Source of the DNA: Eledone cirrhosa
Taxonomy: Eukaryota
Direction: 5' to 3'
DNA: 64,000 bases
NCBI GenBank assembly: GCA_964016885.1
Contig: OZ024751.1
Span: forward strand, 23,994,001-24,058,000
The notes under the pieces are model-generated. The model did not search any database and was not told where the DNA came from. It saw only the letters and a list, made by a program, of their open reading frames with translations. A program made the translations under genes and the position numbers. Shown here one piece after another: positions 14,116 to 28,530 of the stretch (position 1 is the first letter of the stretch; each line of letters opens with the position of its first letter).

Positions 14116-16265
14116 TATTATGTATATGTATGTCTTCCACATTACTGTAGCATTTAATGTGTTTATTGCCGGTGCTATCTTATTTACGGATTGCATTGTA
14201 CAGTGTTTTGGCCATTACATCCTGCCTCATAGGTAGATGGTGGCGTGAGGACATCTTTGGACAACTGTTTATGACTTCGGTGGGATTTGAACTCAGAGAG
14301 ATGAGAGCCGAGACAAACGCCATAAAGCATTCTATGCGACGTTCTAACGAGTCTGTCAATTCGTCGTCTTTCCTTTGAGGCAGGACCGTCTTAATACTAT
14401 GAGAGACCACCGGGCAAATCAATCAATACACTGGAGGGGCTTCATCCACCACCGCAACAGATATCGATTAGCATTTGATCCTTAGCATCGATAGGTTCCA
14501 GGTTAATGTTAACAGGCTAATTTACCCTCATCCTAAGACGACACTGCTTTGACATGAATATTTAGGCGTATGATTCCCAAGATGAAATTCATCTGATCAG
14601 GTTTTGTTGAAAACTATAAATACTTGTGAAAGTGCGTTGTTTAGTCATAGAGATATTGGCATCACGGCCTCACCGTTCTGCATACAATTCCCTGGTTGGG
14701 TATGAGCTAAATACTTTATTTCCCCCAGTCTCTAAAACGTGACTGTATTTCCCCCAGTCTCCAAAACGTGACATGCGACGAGAATCATTCCAAATTATAT
14801 TGACCTCTGCTTTCCCTTGAACAGCATCATATATAGTTTATTTATCGTGAGTATATCGTATAAAACATTACTTTGCACATGTTCATACGTAAGTAAATTC
14901 AACAAATTAATGAGATCCTTAAGAAGTTTTCACATGCTTACCACGAAAACTAATAAAAATTCCCTATCTATTATATGGATTTAAACATGAATAATAAATC
15001 ACTGGATGGATATTGATTTGACATAAAACTTAAATTACTTCATTACAAAATTTAAACAGACAAAGGATTCGTTGCTGTTTTTAAGTTAACGTTTCTTCCA
15101 TTAACATACCGAGAACACATGGATGATATTTAATAGAAAAAGATATCATGGAACCATGTTACCAAACGTTTTTGCAGCTAATACATGTATGTCCATATTG
15201 AGTTGATTGAGTGCTGGTCAAATAGATTCTTTATGATTATAATTTACTCAGATCATTTATCTCTATATGTGTGTTTTGTTAGAAACGTTAAATAAACTTC
15301 AAACTCTTTCTATATTGATTGATCGACCGTTGATCGAATATATATTTGTTTATGATACTTTGCTCACATCGTCTATTTGTATATTTATACTTTGGTTTGA
15401 ATTGGTTGATTAATTCATTGACTCATTGGAAATGATCGAATTATAATTTATATAATAATTGATTGCAACCATACGCTAAAATTGCGATGATTATCTAATT
15501 ATTTTCCGAAATTGTTTTCCTCTCATCACATACAATGAAATTAGTTTTAAATAATATTCAATGATGTGAACAAATTTCATTTATAAATCCTACGTTTCGC
15601 TTGCTATTCATAGTTTAAGTGCTGATTGTTTAATATACCATAACTGTTTAATTTTCCTTCTGTCAATACTTACTTATAGATTAATATTATGATCGTTTTA
15701 TCTCATTACATTCGAAATGTAGTCAAGATTAAAGTAAAGTATCCGTGTCAATGATGATCAATTTGTGTCTGTTCTTTATCAATTGTTACTTGATATTGGA
15801 ATCTTTTGACAACGTACTACACCATAAATTTAAATCAACCAAGATCAGTGTATGAACGGCACTTAATTTTATCGATTACACAAGCTTGAATAACAGTATC
15901 GACCACAGTTTAACCTCAACTAAAATCGAAGAGATCTAAACTAAATGCAATGCAATCAACTATCTAAATTCTTTATTTTATTATTGATTTCATACTTAGT
16001 CACACGTCATCAATATTTGCGCATGGTATAGCCGATGAGATCAATGTCATTACTCAACTAGTATTTACTTCATCGATATTGGATGGATGACAGAAACAGT
16101 TGACAGAGATTTGCATACATCCCATCTACAAACTTTGCTTTTGGCAAATTCACTAGAGCTTATGTTGAGAAATTCTAAGCGTTCGTTCGCCCGGCTAGAA
16201 ATAGTAGCCTAATATAATGGTTTCTTTATTTAATAACGATTTCTTTATAGTAGCCGAATATAATG

Positions 16266-16460
16266 ATTTCTAGTATAGGCACAAGGCCAGTAATTCGGGG
16301 GGAGGGGAAAGTCAATTAAATTGACCCCAGCACGTTACTGGTGCTTTATTTTATCGACCCCGTAAGGATGAAAGGCAAAGTTAACATCGGTGGGATTTGA
16401 ACTCAGACCGTAAAGGGACGTAACACTATGCTCCAAAGCATGGTGTCCGATTCTACCATC
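16266..16460 (-). mobile_element. Nin/Deu-type SINE with ~25-bp TSD
   Basis: Reverse copy; flanked by TTTCTTTATAGTAGCCGArTATAATG at ~16240 and ~16465. Confidence 0.8.
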
Positions 16461-17047
16461 CATGGTTTCTTTATAGTAGCCGAGTATAATGTAAGAGATG
16501 TGCGGGAGGGAATGGCTTTTGCAGCGTGTGTCGCTGGCCGTTCTCAGTGGCAGTAACTTAGCCATATTGTCCGTAGAACGAAAGTGAGCGATACCGCTTA
16601 GACAGGGGGTGTAGAGTTTGTCGCTCCATCCCCAACTCACTTCATTTTGTTCTTTAATTTTTTCTTTCATTTTATTTCTTTTCTTTGTCGTCAAACTAAC
16701 ATTATCTTTGAAGTTGTCAAGCAAAAAGGAAAGGTACCGATCTGCATATCAAACCAAGGAAACGTTGTTGTCATTTGTCTTTTCATTGCTGACATTTTCT
16801 GTTAGGATTAGTGACCCCTCTTGGCAGAAAGTACATCGCTTTAATGTGTATTACGTATATTACAATTTCTATAATGCCTTTAACATAGATTAGAATTATA
16901 GAAACGAATTGTATCTAATTTCCGTTTCTATGACATTGCCCAACGCTTAGTTATGTTAGCGTTAAGCTGATAACAGACAAAACATTTCATTTCGTAATTC
17001 GGGATTCCACGAAGAACTAACTTGATACAACGTTGCTAGACATTGAT

Positions 17048-17182
<135 letters not shown>

Positions 17183-17469
17183 TTGGGGATCTGTGAGCGT
17201 GCAACATGTACAAGGGCAGACTAAGTTAGAAACGAAAATAACAGATAATTATTTTGTTTCGTGTCAAGTCCAGTCAAAATCACAAATATTCCAGCAGGTA
17301 ATTACGCGTCACTCATTCTCCTGAAAAAGTGTCCAGTACTAGAAAACTGTAGATTCTTCCATATTGATAATATAGTGTACCCATATTTTCTGATTAAGAT
17401 ACACTGACACACACATAGACAAACACGAGCACACAGACATATATAAGCATATATATATATATATATATG

Positions 17470-17662
17470 TTTATCCCGGGTTCAATCGGGAGTAACCACA
17501 GGGAGTAAGGTACTCAATATATAGGAAGGTATATATATTTAATATAGAAAGGGCTTCTACAGGAATATAACTGTTTCATTGGGGAGAAATCATCAGGGAT
17601 GCCCAGGGTTTTTCTGATGATTTGTCCAGAATGAAATAGTTATAGACCTGTAGAAGCCATTT
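17470..17662. mobile_element. Head-to-head HHR cassette, same family as 36490-36703
   Basis: CTGATGA...GAAA on + from 17614 and on - at ~17570-17596; similar to 36500-36680. Confidence 0.75.
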
Positions 17663-17687
17663 ATATATACACACACAAACACACATA

Positions 17688-17738
<51 letters not shown>

Positions 17739-17885
17739 CTATATATATATATATATATATATATAATAAGTAAAGAATGAGCCCTCAATATGTAATCATA
17801 CAGGTAAAAATATTCGGGAAAATCTTAGTAACTAGAAAGGTTTACAGCAGTTTGACATGTGTTTTATACAATATAGTACATATAT

Positions 17886-18095
17886 CGACATTCGATCAAC
17901 TTTCGTCAAGTTGGACCGAGGAAACAATGTTTCCATTGGTTTTTCCAATTGCTAATACTCTCTATCGGTCGCAACTCCAGGTAGAAGGAACAACGTGAAA
18001 TTAAGTGACTTGCTGAAGGACATAACGCATCACCCAGTCCGGGAATCGAACTTACAACCTCTCGATTGCGGATCTAATTCTCCACGCGCCTTCAC
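17886..18095 (-). mobile_element. tRNA-head CORE-type SINE
   Basis: Reverse-complement similarity to 51714-51932. Confidence 0.7.
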
Positions 18096-18165
<70 letters not shown>

Positions 18166-18631
18166 AGTGGTGCTGTTTTGCTTCTCATTTGTAATATTTT
18201 TGATAATTTTGATATTTTGGTGTTTCTATACAAACGGGCTTATATATCGTACAGGTGTGTGTGAAAAGTGCTTTAACAATACAGCCCCCCTGATGCTATT
18301 GATTGCCTGCTTTAACTGCTTGTTTTTACATGTAACAATCTGCCGCACTATAATCCTGTATAAATAAGACACGCGTGCATGCCACACGTGAGACTGTTTC
18401 ATACACTGACTACTCTAAACTTTCCTCTTGCTTTATCTTCATAAACTGCCAATGTTTTATTTTAATTTTAATTTTAACTTTAATTTTGTCCTTTAATATG
18501 AATGTAACCTTTGTATGTAAATTTCCATGCTATATCATTACGAATGGATGTCAACCCACTGTGGGTCAATATATACATATGTTTTTGTATGTCTCTTGTG
18601 TTGATAAGGAGGTCAAGTATGTGAAAAATAG

Positions 18632-18680
18632 TTGCTCCGAAGAATCCAAACCTCGGTTTGGAGGAAACAATTGTAAGCAA
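18632..18680 (+). ncRNA. Type I hammerhead ribozyme, CCGAAGA core variant, in a pLTR-like segment (~18160-18720)
   Basis: TTGCT-CCGAAGA-A-TCCAAAC ctcg GTTTGGA-G-GAAA-CAATTG-TA-AGCAA: perfect stems I and II, palindromic stem III. Confidence 0.8.
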
Positions 18681-18716
18681 ATAAATGATTTAAACTGAAC
18701 GTTGATTCATGTAATT

Positions 18717-18760
<44 letters not shown>

Positions 18761-18817
18761 GTAAATTTGCAACGTTTTTTGAAAAATCCACTTCTGCGTT
18801 TACAGATTGACTTTGTT

Positions 18818-18868
18818 AGTTTCAGAAGATCCCGTTAAGGGTGAAAGCAGCGATTATTTGCTTAAACT
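18818..18868 (+). ncRNA. Hammerhead-like motif with CAGAAGA core
   Basis: AGTTT-CAGAAGA-T-CCC gttaa GGG-T-GAAA-GCA...TGC-TT-AAACT; the same motif occurs at 32243-32293. Confidence 0.6.
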
Positions 18869-18894
18869 TTAATCTGTTATTTTAATAAATATAT

Positions 18895-18956
<62 letters not shown>

Positions 18957-19024
18957 AAGGAGTGTAACGCGGTGTTACTGTAGGTTCACGTCTGTAACGA
19001 GGTATAGAGCTAGAAAGAGTGTAT

Positions 19025-19242
19025 TATAGTAAGATAAAACAAGGACGAGTGGTTACTCCTTCATTACATTTATTAGTTGGTGACGCGGGTTTCGCCACCG
19101 ATCAGCTCATGGATCGATTTGCATCGATCTAGTCCCACACTGTAATCAACGGCTCATCGGACTCTGTCATTACCACCGAAAAGGGTCCGACGAGCCTTTG
19201 ATTGAAGGAGTAACCATTCGTCGTTGTTTTATTTTATTATAT
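19025..19242 (-). mobile_element. HHR-bearing cassette with inverted termini
   Basis: Minus strand CCGATGA-GCC...GGC-GAAA-CCCGCG-TC (~19080-19172); 19027-19063 is inverted with 19203-19240; a second CCGACGAGCC lies on + at 19187. Confidence 0.7.
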
Positions 19243-21436
19243 ATATATATATGCATGTATAGTGGAAGGCACTCAATCTGTGGGTAGCGTAGTTTTATAT
19301 AGGCTATAGGAATTTATTGCACTAACATTGGTGCTCTCCTGTGATTTAGTGACAATTACCTCTTTAGCTGTCTTTCAAATTTTCACTAAGCTAAGCCCCA
19401 GAATCTCAGTCTATACTGACTCCAAAATAGAGTAAATGAAGTTGAGGATGAAGGGTCTCCCTCTGTGATGATCTGAAACAATAGCTAGAACTAAAATTCT
19501 ATCTAAATGCGACATTAGTTTAATGTAATGAATCTTTCTCTGTGTTATATTGCAGTGTGTGCGATAATGCTGGCCCTTTGAAATACTTTTTGGCTCCATC
19601 TGAATGGGCTACAGCAACGTGAAATAAGGTATCTTGCTAAAGAAAACATTGCACTGTCCAAATCGAAATCACGACCTTGCGATTCTAAGTCGAACAAAGC
19701 AAATACTCAACTGCGTGCCTTCCACTTGTGAATAATCTAAGAATTATGTGTGTACTACAGCGGCTCTCCTTGCATCACCTTTGTCCTTGCTCGATAAAGT
19801 AAATACAAGCTAATGAAATAATGATGGCAATAGATTCGACTATATACACACTCCAAATGTGGTAGTTATTTTAATGTCTCGTTTGTCTGTAAAGATCTCT
19901 TTACACTTTACAAACGTGATTTACTGTTAATGATCCGTCGCTGAATATCTTGCGCCTCAGATTAAAGTTGTTTGTTAATATATCGATTAAGCGTCGGACA
20001 AAATGCTTTGTGGTATTTAGTTACGACTTTGTACGTTCTGATTTCGAATCCCACTGCGGTCAAATTTGTGTTCTGTTCTCCTGGGATCGATAAAATTTAG
20101 TACTAGTTGAGTACTGGGGTTTATATAAACGATTTGACCTTCCCCCAAAATTGCTGGCCTGGTACTTAGGTTAGAAATCATTATTATAATAGGGTTTTTG
20201 TTTTGCAGAATCGATAGTACGTCTTCAAAACATTTTGTAGTTCTATCATATTCATCTCAGTTTAAATTTCTTACACCTCGGGTTCTAGAACCAATGTAAT
20301 GGAAGGTTTTAAATACTTATTTATGATTGCGCATATATGCCAAAATTGTGTATTGATATAAAACATAAACCTCATTGTCGCCACCATTATTCTTAAGATG
20401 GTTTCCTTTAACTATTTTATATTTTTTAAAGATAATCTCCATTGTGGTACGAAAGACAATCAATAATTTTAGGTTTTACTGATTTTATGTATATATTTAT
20501 CTGTTGTTTATCTTAAACCTCTTTTACACAATTTGTCTAGTACTCTAGCTAATCGTTTCTAACTATTAGTTTCATGTAATCACACACTATCGATTTTAAT
20601 GACTATCAAAGTTATCTTTTTGGCTGAACTTGTTTAGTTTACTGGAGACGGGAATCTCAATTTCATGTTTGAGACACTTCATACTTTTCAATATTATCAT
20701 TTGTGTCTGTAACTAATAAAATATTTTTGATGGTGTATTGTCTTATCTTTCTTTTGAATAGAATCTCTATCAGGTCTCTAGAGTTTATTGCGATTCAGAA
20801 CAATTACCAACAACATAGCCCCAGAGAATGGCTGGAGATACTGTATTATGCATTAATACAATTCCCAATGTACGATATGTGATGTTTATATATATATATA
20901 TCCAATGCAGATGACTGATTTCATTTTAATACGTATTTAAATTGATGAAGTCTGTTCATATAAAGAAAATATCAGTGGTTTTATTTGTCGGCCGCTAGTT
21001 CAAGTTTAGGTGAATGATCCTATATTTTAGACTATTAATATATAGTTTATATCCATCATAAATGCAGCCATATGAAATTGTTATTACACTGCATTACATT
21101 CTCTCTTAGAGTAATCTTCATTCTGTTACTAACTCATCTAACACCTATATTTCTACCATAAGCCACTAAAATGTTTTAGTTACTATACTGTTGTCACGTT
21201 TATTGCAGTGATCGGAAATTACATACTGTTTTGTGTATTCCACATAGATGTGTTACACTACCGTGCTCTCATACTTTAATTTATAAGAGATTAATCTGCT
21301 ACAGCATATACGCGCGTCCATATTCATACATCCGTTTTACAATATAACACCGTGTGTGTGTATATATATATGTGTGTGGGTTTGTGTGTATACTTATATA
21401 CAAACATATATATATAATATAATCATATAATCTCTT

Positions 21437-21483
<47 letters not shown>

Positions 21484-21502
21484 CTATTCAACCCGGAATA
21501 AC

Positions 21503-21553
<51 letters not shown>

Positions 21554-22264
21554 GTAATATTGATTTCCTGATATTCCAATCAAAATGATCATACTGGTTT
21601 TTATTACACGTTACAATTCATCTAATATATCTCATAGCTGATAAGACGTATGTTTATGTTGACATTCCTAGTGATACCATTTCATCGAATCTACTGAAAA
21701 ATTTCTTTTTGAACGTATCAATCATGCCAAAGTCGTTTATTTTATCTATGCTGGGATTTATAGTAACATTGAACCCGTTTAACTGTGTTTGGGTTCTTTA
21801 CATAGTTAATTTAAATTATTATTTTCTTTTGAATATATTAATATTGGTCCTACAATCCATTCGAGCATATTAACTCATGAAACCATATTACAATACAAGT
21901 GGTCTTTGTTATTTGAAGATTGATTTTTTTTTATTTTGCTGTCAGTCTTTCCTAATAAATGATATTAGCAAATATAATGTTATGAGGCGTATAACCGGAA
22001 ACAAACGCTACACTGAAAAATATTAGTTATTAGTATTCGAACACTCTCCTATGCGACGATATGGGGGAGTTAGTTGAGCATATCACAAAATACTTTTTGG
22101 CATTTACTCCGTCTGGCTCTTTGTGCTCTGCGTTTAAATCACACTGAGCTTAACTATACACTCTTTCTTCTGGGGGTAGATGATAAAAAGTACAACTCCA
22201 CAGTAATGGGCTAACACAATTGTTAAAATGAAAATCTAAATACTCTAAGACTGTTCTAAGCCGA

Positions 22265-22545
22265 ATGCTTGTTAGGCCGATGTTTAGCCACGGCTTCCTT
22301 GGTTTTCACTGGTTTCCTTGGCACTAAGCGACTGAGGGTGCTAGACTCTCCCTGGACAGCACGCCAGTCTATCGCAGGATTAACTCACTCCCTAGCTACT
22401 GCTGGTACTCACTTTCAGCTGAGTGTACTGGAGCAACATAAACAAAGTATTGTTCTCAAGAATATAACACAGCACACTAACCAGGAATCGAACCAATGGC
22501 ATTACGTTCATAAGTAAAGAAACCTAACCATTAATCCATACGGCG
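22265..22545 (-). mobile_element. Diverged tRNA/CORE-type SINE
   Basis: Reverse B-box GGTTCGATTCC (GGAATCGAACC on +) followed by a CORE-like TTGAGAACAATACTT segment. Confidence 0.55.
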
Positions 22546-24908
22546 TCATTTAAATAATTTGTGGTCATTGTTTTCTGATTCATATTTTTGATTTCTTGAG
22601 AAAGAAGCTTAATTTCTCAACTGGTTTTAAACCAACACATCATCCTTGAGCGCGTTTAGTTAAGTTTTTTTTCTGATTCATACATTTGGTTTCTTGGGAG
22701 AGAATCTTAATCTGTCGCCTAGTTTTAAATCCTTAATTAGTCCTTCAGCGCATTTAGTTAAGTACATTCTGCTGCAAATATTCGTGTTAGATCTCCGGTT
22801 TAAGGAAACCATTCTTCTTTCTTCCCATTAGACTCGCAACTCCTGGAGAAATAAATGGCCATGGCCCCTTAGTAATAATACATTTCATTTATTTATTTTA
22901 TGTTATTATTCCTGTACACTAGTATATAGCAATCAATGTGTTAAACCCCATGAACATAATCTGTGTTAGTAGTGCCTGATCTCCAGGTACTATTATAACA
23001 TTTCTAATTTTCTGATCGATCAAGTCAAGCTCAAGACTGTTCGGTCGATTAAATTAAGCTTCCATTTCTGTTGCCAATTTTGGACCATAATCTCTCTATA
23101 AAACGCGACTGGATTATCCGGTTTTGTCTGTAGGTTTCCGACAGATTTAAGTTTCAACTCTTGTAACATATAATGTTTATATATACCTCGCTTTTCTATA
23201 TCTGGTAGAGACACAACGAACACTTCCGAATTGAGAATCAGTATACTCAAGCGTAGCCTTACAATAAAGACTGAGTAGACTGCCACCTGCGGCTTATTCG
23301 CCAGGGAGGTACTGTTCTGAAAATTAAGGGACCACAGTTGTATAATAATTTGTGTAATTAAATTAAATGTATAATAATTACCTGCGATTTCTATATGAAG
23401 CAATAAACATCTGTTCCCACTTAGCAGCGTTGTGGAAATATTGAAAGAAGTGGAGACGATCGTATGGTGTTAAGACCTGTAACATGATTTGGCATTGGTG
23501 AATGTGGACTGTATAGCAGAATGTACAGGCTTGGTATTTTCTTTGTTTGGTCAAAGCAAGAAGTGTCATTATCTAGGTTTGTCAACATGTTAACCCGTAG
23601 GTTAATTCTATTATTGTGATTTCTTTTCTTTTTTAGAATGCGGCATATATAGAGCTAGCCTAGGATGCTAATTAGCAAGGTGCCGGCTTTGAATATAATC
23701 TTATCACGAATATTCTTATCCCGAATTATTAATAAATCCTCAGTTTTTGAAAGGAGAGTGTGTTTCATGTAGGAAGTCTCAACCCACTATAGGTACGTGT
23801 ATGTGTTGGACTTCCATCAGCTTCGAGTAACAATCCTTCCAGCTGCTTAAAGTACGAAACAGCATGGTCTGGAATTTCATATACATGTCAAAGAGATCAT
23901 TCTACAGAGACTTGCACCATTATTGAAATTCTCAGAATAATTCAGCGGGGCACTGTGCAACAAAGTTGGTATTTTGCATTACGGATAAAACTAATGGGGT
24001 TTCTTCCAGCTGAGTGGACAGGAGCAACGAGAAATACATATTCTGACTTAAAGACACAAGGCACTCTCAGGAACCGAACTCGCAAACGCATGATTGTGAA
24101 ACGAATATCCTACCCATTAAGCTACAAGCCTTCCACGATATGTAATATCGTCGAAGTACTACCATGTGATATAATTATCAAAAGGAACTCATCTAGCAGA
24201 ACAGATATTAGATGAAGAAGAATTGATACCAGATTAGCTACTCCATCATTCATTTTATAATCAACATAAACCTATTTGAAAATAAACTTATCCCGAACAA
24301 AGAAATATATATCGTGATAGGTTTATATGAAATACAATAGTATTTCCTTGTTTTATCTTTTGTTCTTAGCAAATCGCCTTTAAAATCAGCTTGCAAATGT
24401 ATCTGCTTTCAGCACATCAATAGCAGAATAAATACTCGGTTATTCAAATACGCCACAACGATATATGTCAGAAAACCTAAATTCTTCCATCCCTGACTTA
24501 TTTGCATAGCAACTTTTTCATATTTTATTGCGCTAACGTGTTTGATTTCATATAGTTTCTGATCGAGTCGTTATATTTATATTTGTTTTCACTACAATGT
24601 CAATTGCAAAGTGCGTTGTTCAATAAATTATAATGCTTGCTAAATATCTGCTATTATTTGCATTGTTTGAAAAGATAATAATCACCAAAAATTACAATAA
24701 TTAATGCATTTTACATATTTCACGATAGGCGCATGCATAGCTATGTGGTGAAGGAGTTAGCTTCGCAATCATGAGGTTCTGGGCTCTGCCAAGCTTCTAA
24801 TATAGTCTCAGGCAATCTAAAAATCTAAAGCCTTGTGAATGGAATTTCGTAGAGAGAAATTACATTCGTACACACGTTTAAACGCACGTACGCGCGCGCG
24901 CTCGCACA

Positions 24909-24949
<41 letters not shown>

Positions 24950-25002
24950 GTATATATATATATATACACACAAATTTAAATTCTGAAAACCGAACAATGT
25001 TA

Positions 25003-25115
25003 GAAAGAGCATTGATTCGCTAAGATAATAAAAGAATCTTACCTTAGCAAATTTAATGTTCCCTTTAAATTTGATAAGGTAAGATTCTTTTATTATCTTG
25101 GCGATTTAATGTTCT

Positions 25116-25119
<4 letters not shown>
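25003..25119. repeat. Short palindromic cassette next to (TA)n
   Basis: AAGATAATAAAAGAATCTTACCTTA / TAAGGTAAGATTCTTTTATTATCTT inverted pair. Confidence 0.8.
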
Positions 25120-25206
<87 letters not shown>

Positions 25207-25270
25207 AAGTATTTCTGTCGGAAAGGTACAGGAAAAAAGGGTTCTCTATGGAGGCTACAGAGTTTATTAT

Positions 25271-25455
25271 TTATGTAATAAACAACATAAGATAATTATT
25301 TCATTTACCAGTGCTTTCTTGAAGGCAGATGTTATGCCTGTCTTCAGTCATCAGAATGAGTAAATTTTATTCATTCTGATCACTCAAGACAGACATACCA
25401 TCTGCCTTCAAGAAACCACTGGTAAATGAAATAATTATTTCATGTGTTTATTACA

Positions 25456-25458
<3 letters not shown>
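25271..25458. mobile_element. Palindromic HHR cassette (family shared with 43255-43585 and 39050-39170)
   Basis: CATT-CTGATsA...GAAA-sCACTGG-TA-AATG in both arms; axis ~25363. Confidence 0.8.
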
Positions 25459-25492
<34 letters not shown>

Positions 25493-25554
25493 TGTATATA
25501 TATATATATACTGTATATATATATATATATATATACTGTATATATATATATATA

Positions 25555-25592
<38 letters not shown>

Positions 25593-25874
25593 TATTAAGC
25601 CCCCCTTATGTGTATCTCCTGACCAGGATTGAAACCCAATCCAGGATCTCTACCATCTCAAATACGTACCACTACGCCACTGAGACAATGTTTAACTGCT
25701 GTAATTAACTGAAGCAAATGAATTCAATGCGAATAGAATTTACAGTAAATTTCGATTAATAGTGTCTTCTGAATGTGTGAATATGTGTATGTGGCTATGT
25801 GTTTATGTAGTGTTTAGTGGTAACACCCCCCACTCAATCTATTGCTATGCGCACCACCCCGCTTGTCTTAAATT

Positions 25875-26022
25875 CCGTCAGGGTCGGACGCCATGCTTGC
25901 CATTCTGAGTTCAAATCCCGCCGAGGTTAACTTTGCCTTTCATCCTTTCGGGGTCGTTAAAATAAAGTACCAGTAATGTACTGGGTATTTGCAGGCCTTG
26001 TGCTAAAAGTAGAACAAATTAT
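25875..26022 (+). mobile_element. Nin/Deu-type SINE, truncated
   Basis: B-box, core and tail match. Confidence 0.75.
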
Positions 26023-26195
26023 TTTGTGCAAAAGCCTTTGTTGTGCTATGTTCCAAACAACATTTATTCATCAGAGCATTAGCTATATTCTTGAATATTT
26101 TCAAAACTATTTGATAATCTTAAGCAGTGTCATTAAAATGTAGAGTAACAAGATGATTAGATTATTAAGAAACACAAGTTTATGAGGCGAAAGTT

Positions 26196-26196
<1 letters not shown>

Positions 26197-26231
<35 letters not shown>

Positions 26232-26395
26232 TTTACATCCGCTTTTCCCTGCTTGCAAGGGTTGGACGGGTCCTATTCAGCACAGCATCTTTCCACTTGT
26301 CACGGTCCTTCGTCATCTCGTCCGTGAGTTTCAGCGATCTGAGGTCTGCTCGCATCACCTCCACCCATGTTTTTCGTGGTCTACCACTACTGCAT
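26197..26395 (-). mobile_element. RTE-clade LINE 3' end with (GAT)n tail
   Basis: Minus translation GRPRKTWVEVMRADLRSLKLTDEMTKDRDKW, followed by a short UTR and (GAT)n. Confidence 0.8.
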
Positions 26396-27312
26396 CTTAA
26401 TCATATTGTATTAAATCTCTCCAAATTATTATTATTATTTTCAAAATTCATCCTTACGGGGTCGATAAAATAAAGTACCAGTGATGCACTGGGATAAATG
26501 CTAGCCTTGAACCAAAAGTAGAAACAATTATTTTCAAAATTGTTTGAAAGTCATATGCAATGTATTTGTTTAGAAATATGCTAAATATTATTTCGCTAAT
26601 GTACAATACGTTCCTGATGTAGAATATTGCATTGAACAGTGTCATTGACTTGATAACATCCTTCTAGCAACATCTAGCATATATTATGTAAAGTTAACAT
26701 CTATCATGTAACATTTATTCTTAGCTTGATTTCTTATTACCAACGATGTAAAGAAGAAATATTCTCTTTGACCAGCGGGATGTTTTAGAGTATTTTGCTA
26801 ATGGCATATCTGGAAAATTGTTTGGTGATCCTCCCCCTGATCATCATCATCATCATCACACTCAGCCTATATATATATATGTTTATTACACATAAGCACA
26901 TTATGTTTTAATACATAAACATAAACCTTCTTCTTCTTCTTCTTCTTCTTCTTCTTCTTCTTCTTCTTCTTCTTCTTCTTCTTCTTCTTCTTCTTCTTCT
27001 CCTTCTTCTGTGTGTATGAATCACATAATGCAGTGATTAAGCTATACGCAGTGGATTAGCCATAGTGATGGAAATATACTTAAACAAGAAAAAACACTAA
27101 TCGCGGATTTCTTACTTCACAGCAGCATCCATTGCATCAGATCGCTGTTTATTGAAATGATGGTGACGACATTGTTAGATTTTATAATTGATAAAGTAAT
27201 CTTGCCTTAATTAATAAAATGGCTGACGAAATGTAACTAATAAAAGCGTTTTGATTATACACATACATAAACATACATAGATAGATACCCATAGATACAT
27301 ATTCATATATAC

Positions 27313-27668
27313 ATGGTGGCTGCCAACTCGTTTTCGAGTACGGCCACTGCTTTATATCCATGTAGGAGAACCCCTACTGATGCGCTGAACGAGTGTGACT
27401 TTTTAGTCCAGCCAGCGACTTGAAAACTCTGGTACAAACACTACACTTATGACAATTATTGACACATAGTGCTGGGTCCATGGTACCATGTGACGACAAG
27501 TGCAGAGAGATCTCCATATATAAAGCAATGCCTGTGCCGTGAAGCTTTTATAGTGAGCAAAGGCACTGCACTAAGCCAGTCCCACTCTCCGAGATGATAT
27601 TTACCAAAAAGAAGAACAAGTCAACATCATTGGATACCATCAGGGTTGCAGGTGTTATATAAGAGTTA
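27313..27668 (-). mobile_element. 3' part of the RTE-related non-autonomous element
   Basis: Near-identical to 34020-34378; encodes a C2H2-like CSVCTRVFKSLAGLKSH. Confidence 0.8.
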
Positions 27669-28212
27669 TATATACATACATACAAATATACATATATACA
27701 TATATACATACATACAAATATACATACATACATATATACATACATACATACACACACACACACATATATATATATATGTATATATAAATGCATATATACA
27801 TACATACACACATATATATTATATATATATATATATAGCCACAAATCCTCACAATGTTAGAAATAAACACATAAAATAAATATAAATCTGTGAGTTGAGT
27901 TGTCGTTAATGGCTGATCGCCGATTTTGCGGTTTTCAGTAACGGAGTCTCTCAAGCGAATTCCTTAACTTTTCAAAGCTTCGGATTTATTGATTTCTATT
28001 CAAGATTTCTGAATACAGAATCTTAGTATAATTCAGTCATTTTATTCATAAAACCAAGTTAGTGTCTGTGGGTGTCACCTCCCAATTTATATCACTGTCA
28101 AAATATTTGATTTTTTGTTGGTCCTATCTACTTCATTTTATGTCAGTATTCATAGATTCTGTTCTGTGACAAGTTGACAAATGTATTACATATATCAACT
28201 ACATATTGTTTT

Positions 28213-28530
28213 GTGAAGGCTCGTAGTTTAATGGTTAGGGTGTTCGGCTCACGATCATTATTGCATGCCGTGATTGCGATTCTCGAAGGTTCATTGTGGT
28301 CTCGAGAAAGACGCTTCATTTCGGTTGCACCATTTAACTCTGCTTGAAAATAAGTTTTCCCTATAATTCAAACGACCAAACATCGCGCGCACTATAACAT
28401 CATGAATTATCTTAAACTTACACGTGTCTGTGGAATGCTCTCAGCCATTTACACGTAAATTTCATGAGCAGGTTCTTCCTTTGATCGAACTATTGGAACA
28501 TCCATCGTTGAAACCGACAGAGATCTGTTC
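28213..28530 (+). mobile_element. Diverged tRNA/CORE-type SINE (related reverse copy at ~29335-29660)
   Basis: Head GTGAAGGCTCGTAGTTTAATGGTTAGGG; tail similar to 32870-32980. Confidence 0.55.
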
